Notes: generated by a model not told the origin, from the letters alone. A stretch of 64,000 bases of DNA from Bdellovibrionales bacterium (GCA_964230645.1 CAXRHT010000002.1:1728001-1792000); one strand, 5' to 3'. Shown: positions 18,818-28,492, counted from the stretch's first letter. Numbers and translations: made by a program.

Positions 18818-19391
18818 CAGGAGCTTCTTCTACGTTCTCCCCTTCTTTGACATCCCATTGAGGCATTTTCTCGTAGTTAAAAAAAAGTGAATTGGTAAGA
18901 CTGGTGGGAAAAACAGTCACAAGATCATTAAAGCCTCGGATACTTTCGATATAGCGCTGCCGAGCGATCCCAATTCTATTTTCCGTGCCTTCAAGTTGAG
19001 CTTGCAGGTCCAGAAAGTTTTGATTGGATTTAAGATTCGGATATTTTTCAACCACCACCATAAGTCGACCGAGAGCTTGCCCTAGGGCCCCTTGGGCTTG
19101 TTGGTATTTTTGAATCTGCTCAGGAGAGGCTTTAGAAGGATCAATTGTCGTTTGTGTGGCTTTTGCTCTGGCTTCTACCACTTGAGTGAGTGTTTCTTTT
19201 TCTTGTTGAGCATAACCCTTAACGGTTTTTACCAGATTAGGAATGAGATCGGCTCTTCTTTTGTACTGATTGGTGATTTCGGCAAGCTTGGCTTCCACTT
19301 CGTTCTTCGCACGAGGTATGGACTGAACCCCGCAATTTGCCAAGGTCAGGCTGAGTCCTAAAAGTACAAATATTTTCACTAGGGCTTTCAT
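18804..19391 (-). CDS. lemA: LemA family lipoprotein
   Basis: YKRRADLIPNLV, E.YP.LK, QLEGTENRI; lipobox LANC. Confidence 0.95.
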   Translation of the reverse strand: MKALVKIFVLLGLSLTLANCGVQSIPRAKNEVEAKLAEITNQYKRRADLIPNLVKTVKGYAQQEKETLTQVVEARAKATQTTIDPSKASPEQIQKYQQAQGALGQALGRLMVVVEKYPNLKSNQNFLDLQAQLEGTENRIGIARQRYIESIRGFNDLVTVFPTSLTNSLFFNYEKMPQWDVKEGENVEEAPDVEF

Positions 19392-19521
19392 AAAATCTCC
19401 TATTATGGAGACAAGACTGCCCTATTCCCTATTCCAAGGCAAGCTCTGAAGCTTTGCGATCATTTTGTGCAGCGATAGAAAGTGTTAAACCGTGAGCGAG
19501 AGAAGGGCGGCCCAGCCGCAA

Positions 19522-19974
19522 TTATTTGCAGCCTACCCGTCGAATTTTGGTTTTTCCTAAAACAGTGGTTGAACCTTGGGAGTCCCCCTCTTCGCTTCCT
19601 AAAACGGTGGCTCCCGTATTGCTAATGGCAAGTTTGGCTTTGCAGTGAAGCTCTATAACGGCTTTACCCAAAACATTGGTGTTTGATTTCAAACAGTACC
19701 AACCATTGGGATTAAGAAGCTTAATCGTGCTCTTTCCTAAAACATTGACTGAGGGTTTTAAAAAGACCAGATCCGGACTTTTGGTTCTCTTGGTGTCCTC
19801 AATGTCTTTACCTGCACCAAAAACATTCACTGATGTTGAGATCGTTCTATAATTTGGGTTGCTTGAATCAAAGGGGGTCTTTTTCCAATGTCTTAAACAA
19901 CTTTTCACGTGAGTGTCATTACTTCCAAAGGCAGCAATAGGCATAAAGAAAAACATTAAAACAAATACTCTCAT
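19522..19974 (-). CDS. Secreted hypothetical protein with repeated xxV(L/F)G motifs
   Basis: AAGGAG RBS; signal peptide; five V(L/F)G units. Confidence 0.7.
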   Translation of the reverse strand: MRVFVLMFFFMPIAAFGSNDTHVKSCLRHWKKTPFDSSNPNYRTISTSVNVFGAGKDIEDTKRTKSPDLVFLKPSVNVLGKSTIKLLNPNGWYCLKSNTNVLGKAVIELHCKAKLAISNTGATVLGSEEGDSQGSTTVLGKTKIRRVGCK

Positions 19975-20127
19975 CAGACACTCCTTGATTGGAAAGATTC
20001 CCATATTGTCTTTGTTAAAAGCTCATTATTATGGACCCGGGTGACGCTGACAATCCTTTATACATCATAACTAAAATCATTTTTTCCCACTCAATATTGA
20101 GATAAAATAGAATATTGGAGGTTGTTA

Positions 20128-20460
20128 GTGAGTGTTAAAAGCAAAATCAGTTATGAAGTTAATATCGTTGTGCCTAAAAGCCTGCAGGCGGCCTTTATAA
20201 AGTGGCTCGACGAGCATATCTCTGAAATGGAGGAGCTTGACGGTATCCTAGAAAAAGAAACAAAGGTTTTTGAGAACATTTATTTTGAAGATCAGGAAAA
20301 ATTAAGCCTTTCGGTTCACTATCAATTCGATTCGGAAGAGAGCCTCGAGCAATATTTGCAAAATGACGCTGATAAGATGCGGGGTAAGTTACCCGAGGAA
20401 TGGCGCAATCAATTGAATTTCACTCGACGTTTTTTAAAAAAGCTGGAACTTGATGTCTAA
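20128..20460 (+). CDS. DUF4286-like small protein
   Basis: YEVN..V....F..WL.EHI.EM pattern, L..Y...A..MR; GGAGG RBS. Confidence 0.7.
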   Translation: MSVKSKISYEVNIVVPKSLQAAFIKWLDEHISEMEELDGILEKETKVFENIYFEDQEKLSLSVHYQFDSEESLEQYLQNDADKMRGKLPEEWRNQLNFTRRFLKKLELDV

Positions 20461-20466
20461 AAAATG

Positions 20467-20500
20467 AAAAGGCTCATCTGAGGGGTTCGATGAGCCTTTG
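20467..20500. terminator. Probable bidirectional rho-independent terminator
   Basis: AAAGGCTCATC-loop-GATGAGCCTTT hairpin between convergent genes. Confidence 0.7.
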
Positions 20501-20560
20501 TGGAACGAAACATGGTTATAGGACGTGGTGAACACCACAATGTTTCGAGAAATGATACTG

Positions 20561-20689
20561 TTACTTATTACGAGGTCTTTTAATTTCTTCTTTGACCTTG
20601 TTCGGTTTCTGTTCGTTTCTTCCTTGAGTCTGTGACGGTGTTTGTTGTTGTCTTTGACCTTGTTTTTTATTTGTCTTTTCTCTAGCCAT
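20561..20689 (-). CDS. 42-aa hydrophilic small protein (not in ORF track)
   Basis: GGGAGG-TTTT-ATG; MAREKTNKKQGQRQQQTPSQTQGRNEQKPNKVKEEIKRPRNK; followed by terminator. Confidence 0.65.
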   Translation of the reverse strand: MAREKTNKKQGQRQQQTPSQTQGRNEQKPNKVKEEIKRPRNK

Positions 20690-20920
20690 AAAACCTCCCG
20701 TGGTTGGCATGAATCAATCATAGCCAGAGCGAAGATTTCTTTGGTGTCCCGTCTGTGTAAAAATTGTGGATTAAAAAACAATATTGATTATATTAATGAT
20801 TTTAGTGGCTTAAAGATATTCCAAGAAATTTGGGTATGAACTTCCGACCATTCAGTTGGATGCAAAGAGCCATTAAAAATTCTTAAATCAACCGAATAAA
20901 GTTTGGCAAAATCAAAGAAT

Positions 20921-21628
20921 TTAAATGGAATAAATGGAAAAGATAAAATTAGAAGAGAGCTCTTTTTGAAAGGCCGCTCTTTTCACTCTTTTCGGGCTTA
21001 GACTCTGCAGGGAAACCATTGTTTTAGTTGTAAAACCGCAAGGATTAATTCCCTGGAAAGCCTCTTTGTCTTCAAATAAGTTGATGGCAATTCCGTGATG
21101 AGTGACCCATTTTTTACAGGCAATTCCAATGGAGGCAATTTTTTGATTGCCTACCCAGACACCTGTTGCCTCAGCCTCTTCGGTTTCCCCCACTTGCGTT
21201 TGCAAGCTGTGGCCTTGAGCATCCACTTCGTATTCACGAATGGTCATGATGGCCGCTTCCTCAAGAATGCGCATATACTCGTGCAAGCTTTTGGTTTTTT
21301 TGGGAATGTAGTTCGGTGTGTTGCCGCCAAGATCAATAATTGGGTACATCACCACTTGGTTGGGACCATGATAGGTGGCACGCCCCCCACGGTTAACCTC
21401 AACGGTCTCCCCTTTCCAGGAAAAAATATCTCCTTCGCGGGTTCCTCTCCCCACAGTCACAACAGGGGGATGGGAGCAGAAGACAATAGTCTCAGGACGG
21501 TCGCCTGAGATCACTTCTTGAACATATTGCTTTTGTTTTTCAAAAGCCTCCATGTAGGGGATTTCTCCCCAATCTTCCACTTCGGGAAAATTCACTGTAA
21601 AGCGATCGGAAGACTTTATCATCGACAA
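20921..21628 (-). CDS. lipB: Octanoyltransferase LipB
   Basis: HPPV.T.G, RGG.ATYHGP.Q, KIASIG, HG.A.N, INPCG. Confidence 0.95.
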   Translation of the reverse strand: MSMIKSSDRFTVNFPEVEDWGEIPYMEAFEKQKQYVQEVISGDRPETIVFCSHPPVVTVGRGTREGDIFSWKGETVEVNRGGRATYHGPNQVVMYPIIDLGGNTPNYIPKKTKSLHEYMRILEEAAIMTIREYEVDAQGHSLQTQVGETEEAEATGVWVGNQKIASIGIACKKWVTHHGIAINLFEDKEAFQGINPCGFTTKTMVSLQSLSPKRVKRAAFQKELSSNFIFSIYSI

Positions 21629-21633
21629 AACAA

Positions 21634-23049
21634 TTACCTCTTTTTCTGAACAATATGGACAGCGTGCCCGAGTGTGGCCTCAGCGGCTTCCATCATGGTT
21701 TCACCAAGAGTTGGGTGAGGGTGAATGGTTAGAGCAATATCCTCTAACGTCGCTCCCATTTCAATGGCTAAAGCCGCCTCTGAAATCAGGTTACTGGCCT
21801 CAGGCCCCACAATATGAACACCAAGAACAACATTTGTTTTTGCGTCAGCGATCATTTTTACAAAACCATCGGTCTCCATCATCGATACCGCTTTTCCGTT
21901 GGCACCAAATGGAAACTTTGAGATTTTTAAATCATCATAACCTTTATCTCGCGCTTCACTCTCAAGCATTCCTGCTGAAGCAATTTCGGGATCAGTAAAC
22001 ATGACCGCTGGTACCGTTTTCACGTCGTAAGCTCTATTTTTACCGGCAATCACTTCTGCGACTAGAATACCCTCGTGACTGGCTTTGTGAGCTAGCATGG
22101 GTTGGCAGGTGATATCACCAATGGCAAAAATATTGGATTGATTCGTTCTTCGCTGTGAATCTGTTTTAACAAACCCACGATCATCAAGCTCTAAACCAAT
22201 CTCTTTGATACCAAGCTGGTCTGAGTTGGGTTTTCTTCCTACTGTGACGAGAATTTTTTCGGCTTTAAATTTTTTCTCAGAACCGTCGACCTCAGCTGTG
22301 ACCTCAAGGTTCTTTCCTGATTTTTTATAGGACTGAGCTTTGGCTTTAAGGTGAACTTTGATGCCATCCTTTTTCAATTTTCTTGAAACCACTTGCGCCA
22401 CATCTTTTTCCACAACACCTTGAAGAAGATTATCTTGAGCTTCCAGGATATCGACTTCTGTACCGAGTTTAGAGAGGTAGGAGCCAATCTCAAGTCCGAT
22501 GTATCCCCCACCAATAACAAGAAGGCTTTTAGGCACTTTTTCAAGCGCTAAGGCTCCCGTTGATGAAAGGATATTTTTCTCATCATACTCAAAACCGGGG
22601 ATTTCAATAGGTCGCGATCCTGTGGCTATAATGTAGTTTTTGGCTTCAACAGACTTCGTAGAATCAGAACCTTTAACTTTTAGCTCTGTGGGTGAGGTAA
22701 ACTCCGCCTCTCCGGCAATGATATCAACACCATTGCCTTTCAAAAGCCCTTCCACTCCACCAGACATGCGATCACAAACGGACTGCTTCCAGTTTTTAAG
22801 CTTTTTCATATTCACTTTCACATCACCAGAGATCTCAAGTCCCATTTCAGCAGCATCGTGTTGCATACGGTGAAGTGTGTGAGCCGCACCAATCATGGCT
22901 TTTGAAGGAATGCATCCGATATTTAAACAAACGCCCCCCAATTTTTCTCGCTCTACAACAGCTGTCTTCAGACCCAGTTGAGCACAACGAATCGCCGCTA
23001 CATATCCACCAGGTCCCGATCCAATCACACAAACATCAAATTGACTCAC
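21634..23049 (-). CDS. lpdA: Dihydrolipoyl dehydrogenase (E3)
   Basis: GSGPGG, GGVCLNIGCIPSK, HPHPTLGE. Confidence 0.97.
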   Translation of the reverse strand: MSQFDVCVIGSGPGGYVAAIRCAQLGLKTAVVEREKLGGVCLNIGCIPSKAMIGAAHTLHRMQHDAAEMGLEISGDVKVNMKKLKNWKQSVCDRMSGGVEGLLKGNGVDIIAGEAEFTSPTELKVKGSDSTKSVEAKNYIIATGSRPIEIPGFEYDEKNILSSTGALALEKVPKSLLVIGGGYIGLEIGSYLSKLGTEVDILEAQDNLLQGVVEKDVAQVVSRKLKKDGIKVHLKAKAQSYKKSGKNLEVTAEVDGSEKKFKAEKILVTVGRKPNSDQLGIKEIGLELDDRGFVKTDSQRRTNQSNIFAIGDITCQPMLAHKASHEGILVAEVIAGKNRAYDVKTVPAVMFTDPEIASAGMLESEARDKGYDDLKISKFPFGANGKAVSMMETDGFVKMIADAKTNVVLGVHIVGPEASNLISEAALAIEMGATLEDIALTIHPHPTLGETMMEAAEATLGHAVHIVQKKR

Positions 23050-23075
23050 AGTTTACCTATCCTTTTTTCTCACAA

Positions 23076-24467
23076 TTAAATCATATCCATCATTAAGCGA
23101 CCGGGACTTTCTATTCGAGCGATAAAGGCCGAAAGAAAGCGAGCCGCTTCCGCACCATCGATTAAGCGGTGATCACAAGTGACTGTAAAATTCATGAAGC
23201 TTGCCACATCAAGCTCACCGTCATTGATAATGGGACGCTCTTGGATTTTATACATTCCAAAAATAGCCACCTCGGGATGATTGATAATTGGTGTGGCATA
23301 AGTTCCACCCACACTTCCAATATTGGTAATTGTGAAGGTAGCCCCTTTCATCTCCTCTAAAGCGAGCTTGCCGTCTCTTGCGCGCTTGGCAAGATCGACA
23401 ATCTCTTGGCTTAATTGATAGATGGTTTTTTGGTCAGCATTCTTGATAACAGGAACAAATAGACCATTGGGCGTATCAGCCGCAAAACCTACATTAAAAT
23501 ACTTTTTGTAAACGATTTCCTGAGCGGCATCGTCGATCATGGCGTTGAACTTAGGGAACTCTCGCACTGTGGCCATAAGGGCTTTCATTACAAATGGCAT
23601 ATACGTAATTTTCACTCCCATTTTTTCGGCGACCGGTTTTAGCTCTGTACGCAACTCAATAAGAGAGGTTACGTTGGCTTCATCCATAAGGGTGAAGTGA
23701 GGAACCACTCTTTTTGCCATTTGCATATTCTCGGCAATCTTTTTACGGATCCCTTTAAGAGGCACACGCTCTTCGCCACCTGTTGTAAAGTTTTGAGGAG
23801 GAGTCCACATTTGTCCGCTCTGCTCTTTTGTGGTCGCAGCACCGGCAGCCACCGCTCCGCTTCCTTTTGCGTCCATAACATCATCACGAGTCACACGACC
23901 GGCAAGGCCTGTCCCCTTCACTTGATTGATATCAATGTTGGATTCACGCGCCAAACGACGAGTCGAAGGAGTGGCAAGTACATGCACATCTGCTGGTGGC
24001 GGATCTATCTTTTGCATACCACCAGAAGTTCCGCCACTGGCCGCAGGTTGAGTTGTACCTTGAGAGGGTTGTGATTGTTCGGAAGAACCATTTTGAGAGC
24101 TCTTTGAAGAGGACTCTTCTTTTTGGTCCTTGTCATTCTCTTCTTTCTTCTCTTTTTCATCAGAAGAAGATTTGGCTTCTTTTTTCTCTGAGTCCGAGTC
24201 CTCTTTTTCTTTAGAATCAGAAGACCCAGCGCCTTCTTCTACGGTGATTAAGGCCTGTCCCACTTCAATGGTGTCACCCTCAGAAAACTTGAGATCTTTT
24301 ACCGTTCCAGCCACAGGGGAAGGGACTTCCACAGTCGCCTTATCCGTCATAAGCTCCGCAATCGGTTGATCCACCTCAATGCTATCACCCGACTGAACAA
24401 GCCATGAAACCAATTCACCCTCATTCACGCCCTCACCAATTTCAGGTAACTCCACATTTTTTGCCAT
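23076..24467 (-). CDS. 2-oxoacid dehydrogenase E2 acyltransferase (single lipoyl domain)
   Basis: Lipoyl MTDKA, E3-binding ATPSTRRLARE, catalytic DHRLIDG. Confidence 0.95.
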   Translation of the reverse strand: MAKNVELPEIGEGVNEGELVSWLVQSGDSIEVDQPIAELMTDKATVEVPSPVAGTVKDLKFSEGDTIEVGQALITVEEGAGSSDSKEKEDSDSEKKEAKSSSDEKEKKEENDKDQKEESSSKSSQNGSSEQSQPSQGTTQPAASGGTSGGMQKIDPPPADVHVLATPSTRRLARESNIDINQVKGTGLAGRVTRDDVMDAKGSGAVAAGAATTKEQSGQMWTPPQNFTTGGEERVPLKGIRKKIAENMQMAKRVVPHFTLMDEANVTSLIELRTELKPVAEKMGVKITYMPFVMKALMATVREFPKFNAMIDDAAQEIVYKKYFNVGFAADTPNGLFVPVIKNADQKTIYQLSQEIVDLAKRARDGKLALEEMKGATFTITNIGSVGGTYATPIINHPEVAIFGMYKIQERPIINDGELDVASFMNFTVTCDHRLIDGAEAARFLSAFIARIESPGRLMMDMI

Positions 24468-24493
24468 ATTTATCTCCTCAATAATCCTCAGAT

Positions 24494-25414
24494 TTAAGCT
24501 TCAAGATTTTTATATTTTCCACGTTTCTTTTCAATAACACCCTTCATAAAAAACTCTCCGGCTTTGTAAGAGCTTCGTACCAATGGGCCACTGGCACAGT
24601 AAAGAAATCCCATATCGTCACACACCTTTTTCCAGTACTGGAATTTCTCTGGAGTGATGTATTCGATCACCTTTAAATGGCGCGGGCTTGGCTGCAGGTA
24701 TTGCCCAAACGTGACAATGTCACAGCCAATTTTCTTTAGATCCTGCAGACACTGCATGATTTCATCATCTCGCTCACCGAGACCAAGCATCAGGGATGTT
24801 TTGGTGTACATCTCTGGGTCACGTTTTTTAACCATTTCTAAAACATCAAGTGATTGCTGGTATGTGGCCCGGGGATCACGTACGGTGGGAGTGAGTCTTT
24901 CTACTGTTTCCACGTTATGGGCAAAAACATCCGGCTTTGAATCCACCACTCGATTAACGAGATTTACTTCCCCTTGAAAATCGGGGGTGAGAATTTCAAC
25001 AATCAAATTGGGATCATTCTTCTTGATGGTTTCAACGGTGCGACCAAAGTGGTCTGCACCCTGGTCTTCCATATCATCACGGTTCACACTGGTTATAACG
25101 ACATAGGTTAATCCCATTTGCGCGATAGAAAAACCAACCTTCTCAGGCTCCCTGGAATCGATCTTTCCTTTGGGATTTCCTGTTTTAACATTACAGAATC
25201 GACAACCACGGGTACAGACTTCGCCCATCAACATAAAGGTCGCTGTTCCACCAGCCCAGCACTCGCCCATATTCGGACAACGGGCCTCTTGGCAGACGGT
25301 GGCCAGGTTCAGTTTTCCAAGCATATCTTTGATACGATTGTAGTCCTGACCGCTGGGTGCTTTTACCTTTAACCACGAGGGTTTAGGGGCTTTTTTCATA
25401 GAGCTACATGACAT
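24494..25414 (-). CDS. lipA: Lipoyl synthase
   Basis: CQEARCPNMGEC and CTRGCRFC motifs, GPLVRSSY. Confidence 0.97.
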   Translation of the reverse strand: MSCSSMKKAPKPSWLKVKAPSGQDYNRIKDMLGKLNLATVCQEARCPNMGECWAGGTATFMLMGEVCTRGCRFCNVKTGNPKGKIDSREPEKVGFSIAQMGLTYVVITSVNRDDMEDQGADHFGRTVETIKKNDPNLIVEILTPDFQGEVNLVNRVVDSKPDVFAHNVETVERLTPTVRDPRATYQQSLDVLEMVKKRDPEMYTKTSLMLGLGERDDEIMQCLQDLKKIGCDIVTFGQYLQPSPRHLKVIEYITPEKFQYWKKVCDDMGFLYCASGPLVRSSYKAGEFFMKGVIEKKRGKYKNLEA

Positions 25415-25592
25415 GCCCCCTTTTAAACCTAAGACCTCGAATTGTCTATGCTTTGCGGCATTATTTCCACACCTTGGCAGAGTCGCGATTGAGTTACTCT
25501 AAACGCAATATATTCGATCTGAGCGTCTAGGCAGTCATTCCGAAGGGCTTCTTGTCAGCTCTAAATTTCCAGGCCATAACCTATACCATCCC

Positions 25593-26342
25593 ATGGAGGC
25601 CACGATGAAGTTTGCAGAACCCCTAAGCCAAGGTGTTTTCAAAAAACGTTACAAACGCTTTTTTACCGATATCGAATACGAAGGCGAAATCCTAACGGCT
25701 CACTGCCCGAATACAGGAAGCATGATGGGTCTAAAAGATCCCGACCAACTCTGCCGCTTTTCTCATGTGGATGATCCCAATCGAAAATTAAAATACACCC
25801 TACAAATGGTAAAAACGAAAACCAGCTGGGTGGGCGTGAATACCGCGCTCCCCAACAAGCTTGTGGCCGAACTTTTTGAAAAAGCCCCACTTCCCCACTG
25901 GAAAAAATTTGATTCTCTACAATCGGAAGTGAAAATTAAAGATAAAACTCGAATTGATCTAGTTCTATGGAACTCAAAGGACCATGAGGTCAAAAAGTGG
26001 AATCACAAAAACCTAACCGCCCCCCTTCACCTCATTGAGGTTAAAAATGTGACTCTGGGTGAAGAAGGCATCGCGTATTTCCCGGACGCAGTCACTTCAC
26101 GAGGGCTCAAACACCTCGAAGATCTTATCGAAATGCAGGGTAATGGCTTTAGTTGTGAGATGCTTTACGTCGTGCAAAGAACGGATTGTGATGTTTTTAA
26201 GCCGGCTCATCATATCGACCCCGTTTATAGTGAAAAGCTTAAAGAGGCCAAAGACGCCGGAGTTAAAATCACAGCCCTTCCCTGTAAATTGACTCCAAGT
26301 TCTGTCACTTTGCTAAGCGAAAAACTCAAAGTCTCTTTATGA
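25593..26342 (+). CDS. sfsA: DNA/RNA nuclease SfsA (sugar fermentation stimulation protein)
   Basis: RYKRF, HCPNTGSM, RID, EVK.VTL, FPDAVT.RG.KHL. Confidence 0.95.
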   Translation: MEATMKFAEPLSQGVFKKRYKRFFTDIEYEGEILTAHCPNTGSMMGLKDPDQLCRFSHVDDPNRKLKYTLQMVKTKTSWVGVNTALPNKLVAELFEKAPLPHWKKFDSLQSEVKIKDKTRIDLVLWNSKDHEVKKWNHKNLTAPLHLIEVKNVTLGEEGIAYFPDAVTSRGLKHLEDLIEMQGNGFSCEMLYVVQRTDCDVFKPAHHIDPVYSEKLKEAKDAGVKITALPCKLTPSSVTLLSEKLKVSL

Positions 26343-26545
26343 AAATTGTGAATCTTATTCTGCTCCCCCTATTCCTTCCGACCTTAGCTTACGCTTGGGA
26401 GCCCACTTGCACGGGTTCAATGAAAGAAAGTGGGATGAGTTCCTTACAGATTTATCTTCAATGTTATCCCAAAACGGTCATGGGAAGCGTACTTCTTGTC
26501 GGTGTCGGCCTTTTTATTGCGATGTATTTAAAACGAAAGAAGTGA
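26339..26545 (+). CDS. Small secreted/membrane hypothetical protein
   Basis: Signal peptide (AYA), C-terminal TM helix plus KRKK; ATGA overlap with sfsA stop. Confidence 0.55.
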   Translation: MKIVNLILLPLFLPTLAYAWEPTCTGSMKESGMSSLQIYLQCYPKTVMGSVLLVGVGLFIAMYLKRKK

Positions 26546-26548
26546 AAC

Positions 26549-27103
26549 TTATCTTTCTTCCTCACGAAGATAGAAAATTACTTTCACTGACTCCTGATGA
26601 GTCATACGGTCGTGAGAAACCTCGACTTGGGAATCATCAGTCGTAAAGCCATAGCGGGAGGCCTGCTGGCCCGTCCAGGTTGATAGAGCGGCTTGAGTCA
26701 AACTAGCACCGTTTTGTCTGGCTTGAAAAAAATGGTCGTAATTTGTCCCCTCAATCCAATTTCCACGAATGCCTCGAATATTTTTAAGACCAAAATAAGA
26801 AATCATTTCGTCAAATAAAAGTCGACCGGATAGTGAACTTCTAATTCCTATAGCCGGTTCGGCCATAAAAACAGAAAAAGAAACCACACCCCTATCGTTC
26901 AACGTGGCCTGGAACTCGAAAAGTTCCTCATGCTTATCTCGCACAATGAAAGTGTTACCCTGGGATAAATTGATTTTTTCGGCTGTTAATACTTGAAAGG
27001 AGGCTTTGGATGAGCGAAATACTCTCTGGCATGATAATGCTCCAAGGGCTTGGCTAGTAAGCAAGTGAGTCATTGCAAAAAAACTTAAAATGAAGAGCTT
27101 CAT
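26549..27103 (-). CDS. Secreted protein with toxin-C-terminus-like motif
   Basis: Signal peptide followed by LSCQRVF; GNWIEGTNY...AA.STWTGQQA..YGF. Confidence 0.7.
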   Translation of the reverse strand: MKLFILSFFAMTHLLTSQALGALSCQRVFRSSKASFQVLTAEKINLSQGNTFIVRDKHEELFEFQATLNDRGVVSFSVFMAEPAIGIRSSLSGRLLFDEMISYFGLKNIRGIRGNWIEGTNYDHFFQARQNGASLTQAALSTWTGQQASRYGFTTDDSQVEVSHDRMTHQESVKVIFYLREEER

Positions 27104-27195
27104 AAATCACCGGTTGTGTAGGTGACTATTTTACGTGAATTTTTTCCATCTCCATAGCGAGCCTGAAAAAATAACTGGAGTGTTAAAAACATAGA

Positions 27196-27222
27196 CACCC
27201 TGAGAGCAAGGCTCCCAGGGTG
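27196..27222 (-). terminator. Hairpin, probable terminator of the csbD-like gene
   Basis: CACCCTG.GAGC-AAG-GCTC.CAGGGTG stem, T-rich downstream on minus strand. Confidence 0.5.
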
Positions 27223-27325
27223 ATCTGAAGAACTTAATCCCTTAGTTGAATCTTCTTAAGCAAAAGGCGCCTAACTCTTTGCCTATTCAGATATTAAAGG
27301 AAATTAAATTTTATCTAATTTCTAA

Positions 27326-27484
27326 TTATTTTTTAGTTTTGCCGTAAGCTTCTTGAGCTTTACCTTTGGCTTTGTCCATTTTTCCTTCGGCTTGAGTAGA
27401 AGGTTTGTTCATAGCTTTTCCAGCAGCTTCTTTTACACTACCTTTTGCTTGATTGGCTTTTCCTTTAGCTTCTTCTTTGTTCAT
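27326..27484 (-). CDS. csbD: CsbD/UPF0337 family stress protein, 52 aa (not in ORF track)
   Basis: MNKEEAKGKANQAKGSVKEAAGKAMNKPSTQAEGKMDKAKGKAQEAYGKTKK; AAAAGGAGA RBS. Confidence 0.88.
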   Translation of the reverse strand: MNKEEAKGKANQAKGSVKEAAGKAMNKPSTQAEGKMDKAKGKAQEAYGKTKK

Positions 27485-27642
27485 TTGAATTCTCCTTTTA
27501 GTTGAACAATTAACTTGTCTCTAAATTAGCTCAAAGTGCCGGGAGATTCTTATCCAACTTAAGTAAATTTCGTGGAGAAACGATCAATATTTCTAAAAGC
27601 TCTTAAAAAACTAGCCATGCGCTTGATTATTTAGGTTTTGGC

Positions 27643-27671
27643 AAAAAAAAAGCTCCTCGCTAGAGGAGCTT
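27643..27671 (-). terminator. Rho-independent terminator downstream of dsbA
   Basis: AAGCTCCTC-GCTA-GAGGAGCTT with A-tract (U-tract on minus strand). Confidence 0.75.
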
Positions 27672-27700
27672 CAAAAATGATTGCAATCTTAAAAATTGGA

Positions 27701-28492
27701 TTACATTTTACCTTTCATCTTAAGGTGACGATCAATCACTTCCTTAAACTTAGGGAAAGGATAAGCCCCTTTAAGAGAAACACCATTGATTAAGTAACCA
27801 GGAGTTCCTTGGAAACCAAATTTGCTGGCCTCTTGCATATCTTGATCGATAATATTGTCGATCTCATCACTTTTATTTTTAAGATCGTTTTCAAGCTTGG
27901 ACATATTGGCCCCAACTTTTTTAGCAAGCTTTTCATAAAGCTTTTCTGCTTCACCATATGTTTCGTTTTGATTGGCAAAAACAAGCTTTTTAAACTCATA
28001 AGCTTTTTCTTCATCTTGCATAGCGATCGCCTCAAAGTACTCAGAACCACGACGGGCGTTCGGGTGCTTTGATTCAAGAGGTAGGTGCTTAAAAACAAGT
28101 TTTACTTTGTCACCATACTCACTCATCACTTTACTCACTGTATCCGAACCTCTTTGGCAGAAGGGACACTGAAAGTCTGAGTATTCAACGATTGTAATGG
28201 GAGCAGATTCATTTCCTAAAACCGCACGATCACCACTGATCTCTGGTTTTTTAGGATTATTAAACTCTTCTTCCATTGATTTTTCTTCAGCCTGTTGCGC
28301 GGCCATCATTTCTTTTTTCTGTGCTTCCTGTGCGGCTCCACGTACCACTTCCATAAATCCCGCGGGATCTTTTTTAATGGCTTCAAAAACAATCTCTGGA
28401 TTGTCTTGAATTGTCTTTTTAACGAGCTCAGAGCAGGATGCGAGCAATCCAATGCACGACAATAATGTCACGATGCGAGCGAATGTTTTCAA
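27701..28492 (-). CDS. DsbA family (BdbD/Com1-like) disulfide oxidoreductase lipoprotein
   Basis: Lipobox LASC, EYSDFQCPFC, GTP cis-Pro; TTG start after AAGGAGG. Confidence 0.92.
   Translation of the reverse strand: MKTFARIVTLLSCIGLLASCSELVKKTIQDNPEIVFEAIKKDPAGFMEVVRGAAQEAQKKEMMAAQQAEEKSMEEEFNNPKKPEISGDRAVLGNESAPITIVEYSDFQCPFCQRGSDTVSKVMSEYGDKVKLVFKHLPLESKHPNARRGSEYFEAIAMQDEEKAYEFKKLVFANQNETYGEAEKLYEKLAKKVGANMSKLENDLKNKSDEIDNIIDQDMQEASKFGFQGTPGYLINGVSLKGAYPFPKFKEVIDRHLKMKGKM

Noticed and set aside
25593..26342. PD-(D/E)xK nuclease as a restriction/defence gene or mobiliser of the repeats
   Set aside because: Canonical SfsA motifs; no methylase and no flanking repeats
27255..27290. GGCAAA-containing hairpin on the minus strand as a c-di-GMP-I riboswitch
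   Set aside because: Lacks the GAAA tetraloop/receptor and second stem; lies 3' of csbD; simple hairpin only
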